Assembly: GCA_042219045.1 (NCBI GenBank)
Contig: JBDGQO010000004.1
Coordinates: forward strand, 47,778-74,422
DNA: 26,645 nucleotides
From: Candidatus Bipolaricaulia bacterium
Lineage (GTDB): Bacteria; Bipolaricaulota; Bipolaricaulia; RBG-16-55-9
Direction: 5' to 3'
Under the pieces are notes generated by a model. The model did not search any database, was not told where the DNA came from, and saw nothing but the letters and a program-made list of their open reading frames with translations. This document shows, in pieces, positions 26,512-26,645 of the stretch. A program made the position numbers and the translations under genes. How positions within the stretch are numbered: the first letter of the stretch is position 1; each line of letters begins with the position of its first letter.

Positions 26512-26645
26512 ATGATCCAGTTGAAGTCGAAGGCCGAGATCGAGATCATGAGAGAGAACGCCGACCTCATCAACGAGTTCCTCGGCGAGCTGATCCGCGC
26601 GGCCCAGCCGGGCGTATCGACCGCGGAGCTGGACCAGCTGGCCGA
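26512..26645 (+). CDS. map: Methionine aminopeptidase type I, 3'-truncated by window edge
   Basis: MIQLKSKAEIEIMRE...PGVSTAELD N-terminus; canonical position after adk. Confidence 0.85.
   Translation, partial: MIQLKSKAEIEIMRENADLINEFLGELIRAAQPGVSTAELDQLA

Overview
High-GC bacterial housekeeping region. In order: 3' part of groEL with a strong intrinsic terminator; a patatin-like phospholipase; a secreted stand-alone lamin-tail-domain protein (-); a RimI/Ard1-like acetyltransferase (-) divergent from a likely operon of long HPF, a ThiI/MnmA-like PP-loop + NFACT-R protein with a degenerate active site, and a C-terminally short PcrA/UvrD. Next is rpoC, which is NOT preceded by rpoB; it has its own sigma70-type promoter, a ~250-nt potentially structured leader and large repeat-module insertions (~1690 aa). 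A perfect-consensus promoter then drives a fused str-S10-spc superoperon (rpsL-rpsG-fusA-rpsJ...rplO-secY-adk-map) that lacks tuf and rpmD. Protein signatures (uL4 QKHTG, beta' clamp insertion, no SI3) and acidic tails suggest a deep-branching Thermotogota/Deinococcota-adjacent, probably halophilic lineage such as Ca. Bipolaricaulota (inference only). No mobile element, CRISPR, tRNA or rRNA was seen. The best candidates for new biology are the rpoB-uncoupled rpoC with its leader, the module-expanded beta', and the HPF-linked pseudo-enzyme. All alignments and RNA folds were done by eye.
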